Positions 61,746 through 64,000 of a DNA stretch of 64,000 bases are shown here, piece after piece. Numbering within the stretch: position 1 is the first letter of the stretch; every line of letters starts with the position of its first letter. The stretch comes from Polymyxa betae A26-41 (taxonomy: Eukaryota > Protista > Endomyxa: Phytomyxea). Location: NCBI GenBank assembly GCA_003693705.1, contig RBZT01000989.1, positions 1-64,000 on the forward strand, given 5' to 3'. A model generated the notes under the pieces. The model made no database searches. It had not been told where the DNA came from and was given only the letters and a program-made list of their open reading frames with translations. The position numbers and the translations under genes are program-made.

Positions 61746-64000
61746 ATGTCTGATCAAGAATCACTGGAATGGGAGACTGACCCTGATGATCAAATGTCAA
61801 TTTCTAGCGATGAAGAGTCCATCGATAATTCGACGATTCTACAGTAATTGCAATCTGGGCACCGATATCAAGAAATTCTTATTATTAATGTCTACAGAGG
61901 ATATTGTAATGAATTAGAGATGTGCCCTGAGTTTCGTGCTGATGCAACTTATCTCTCTCATAACAATCTCATTCGAGTTCGTATTGCATTACTTCCCAAA
62001 GATGCCAATATATCTACTGGTGGAATTGCATCAATTGTTTCAGTAATGATCTAATTGTATTATTGGTAGAATATCTATCAGCTATTGGTTGTGATTTAGA
62101 TCGTGTATTAGTTCTAGAGCTGTATATTGATGAATACAGATTGGGTGTGTCAACTATCTCTGTTGGCACTATAGGTTCTAATAACAATATATATTGTTCA
62201 GCAGTATAATTCAATATGAGTAATAGATGAGAAAGAATTCCAACAATTTGATAAAGAAATCCCAATTGTACATTGTGCTCTATCCAGTCCATTAATTCAT
62301 CGTATTAAGCTGCGTCTTCAAGATGACTGGAAGGACATAGTCGGGTGATGAGCAATACAGCCTATAATGATATCCATTTAACTGAATTGTTTATAGAGAA
62401 CGATGTCGTCAATTCACTCAAGTTACACAGATCATATCTGTATCTAAAGTCGATTATTTCTGGGCATTAACTGCATTAGCTGCATCCAGATTTGAGGTCA
62501 GCGACGCCATACTGGCCCTGTCCCGCATTGATACCACCCTTCTGCAAAAATCTTGCACTGAACAGAACACAAGTTCACATGAACTTGTGCAACAAGTTCA
62601 AGATGCTGTTCCTGGTATAAACAGAAATTCAGCATTACTTATTCTGTTATTATGTCAATGGTACGAACAATTAATGCCAAATCCTGTTGACTAATAACAT
62701 TTTATTAGGGATCTGGATTTGGCTGTGCATTTAATGTCTCACTCACTTATAAAATCCATTGTTGAACGTGCAAGTAAGGCCCTAAACATCTCTGATATTA
62801 CGTCAGTATCATTGTCCAATGCCAATCTATTTACTTGATGAATTTTATATTATTGATAGGACCATATCGATATTAACACCAACCAATCCTGTTGCTCGTC
62901 TTGCAGATGTATTCCTTCGTCGTATCTTAACACTAAATGAGACCTGTTATCTTTGTAATGGTCCACTTCCTATTGCAATCTTACGCCTGGGCATCTGTGA
63001 TTCTCCTCTATGTAATCATCAATTTGAAGAATGTGGAATAGGTATGTTACGAATACCTCTATAGATATCATACTGTTTATTAATGGATTACATAATGTAG
63101 GATTCTCTTTAGAAGAAGAAGTGTGTCGCAGGCCAGAATTATGTGATTTATTAATCTCTATGTGTGCTAGTTCATCAAAGGTAGCAGCTGCTCATCTATT
63201 GTTTCGTTTATCGTTATATTTGATTAATGATAAGGGTGATCGATTATCCATATTCTTTCCCAAGGCACTTCAAGATCCCAAAACTGGTAATACACTATCA
63301 ACTGATCAAAATGTCAAACATTCTCTCTCTCTTTATTATACGATTTGATGAATGAGAATGTAGGATGTGGCAAAGATTGGGGAAATGTTGGATAAATGTC
63401 CTGGTGTTCAACAAATGGCAGATCTTGCTAAACAAGGCACTTTGATCAAACATCTTCGACAATGTCATCCAATGTTGCCATCATTATTACGATGGTATAA
63501 CAGAATATCAATGTGATTATAATCTATGGTAACAAGTGTGATAACAGGATCATTGCATCAAATCGAAGTCATATTCGACTTTTAGATAAATCAGACCATG
63601 TTAATGGTATTACTGCTTGTTATCAGGTAAAGAGATTCATCTTGAAGACCTTCTTGTCTATACTGAATCTGTGTCTTAGTTTGTTCTCTTAACTTCATCG
63701 CCCAAGAAGGAGTCCCTATTCAGATTGCAAGTCGCTAAGGCAAGTCGTGAACGTCCTGTTGAATATGCTTTCCATGGATCTCCTCAAGGCAATTGGCATT
63801 CAATTGTCAGACAAGGTTTGTTATGATATCATGTATATGAGATATACTGAATTAATAACAGGTCTATTGAATATGAGTGGAACTAAACATATGTTAAATG
63901 GAGCAGCATATGGATCTGGGATATATATGGCACCAAAGTACAATATTTATTACTTGATTATCATGTCGATATCCCAATGATTATGTATTTAGTCTGCAGA
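61746..64000 (+). CDS. PARP6/PARP8-like mono-ADP-ribosyltransferase with two UBA-like segments (partial, runs off the window)
   Basis: LNETCYLC...ICDSPLC.HQF, PELCDLLISM, LLRWIIASNRSHI, AFHGS..GNWHSIVRQGL.NMSGT..M.NGAAYGSGIYMA. Confidence 0.85.

Overview
Gene-dense nuclear DNA from a microbial eukaryote. It has many ~45-70 nt spliceosomal introns (GT-AG, one probable GC-AG), intergenic gaps often only 100-250 bp, and a moderately AT-rich composition. The style, and the TTT(T)AGGG telomere-like motifs, suggest a plasmodiophorid/rhizarian such as Spongospora; this is an inference, not proven. The prokaryote-style ORF track fragments the genes, so I spliced models by eye and some boundaries are approximate. 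Conserved genes: RPP30, UBA5, a CHD6-9-type chromodomain helicase, midasin (MDN1), adrenodoxin reductase, a TPR protein, COG8, a multi-HMG-box+SAM protein, CDC40/PRP17, a chromodomain protein, PI4K-beta, an F-box/LRR protein, an RsuA/RluB pseudouridine synthase and a PARP6/8-like ADP-ribosyltransferase (truncated by the window end). Highlights: (1) a small spliced gene, whose conserved part is absent from the ORF track, encoding a mitochondrion-targeted copy of the Cox1 C-terminus (Cox1-c, split cox1); (2) a 5'-truncated but open chromoviral Ty3/Gypsy pol (RNase H-integrase-chromodomain) lying head-to-head ~65 bp from the HMG gene start; (3) an accessory block at ~4.4-10.3 kb with a GC-rich, frameshifted PA-domain/7TM receptor-like pseudogene and a second decayed chromovirus end; (4) a perilipin-like unknown protein carrying a duplicated, unrecognised ~70-aa domain.
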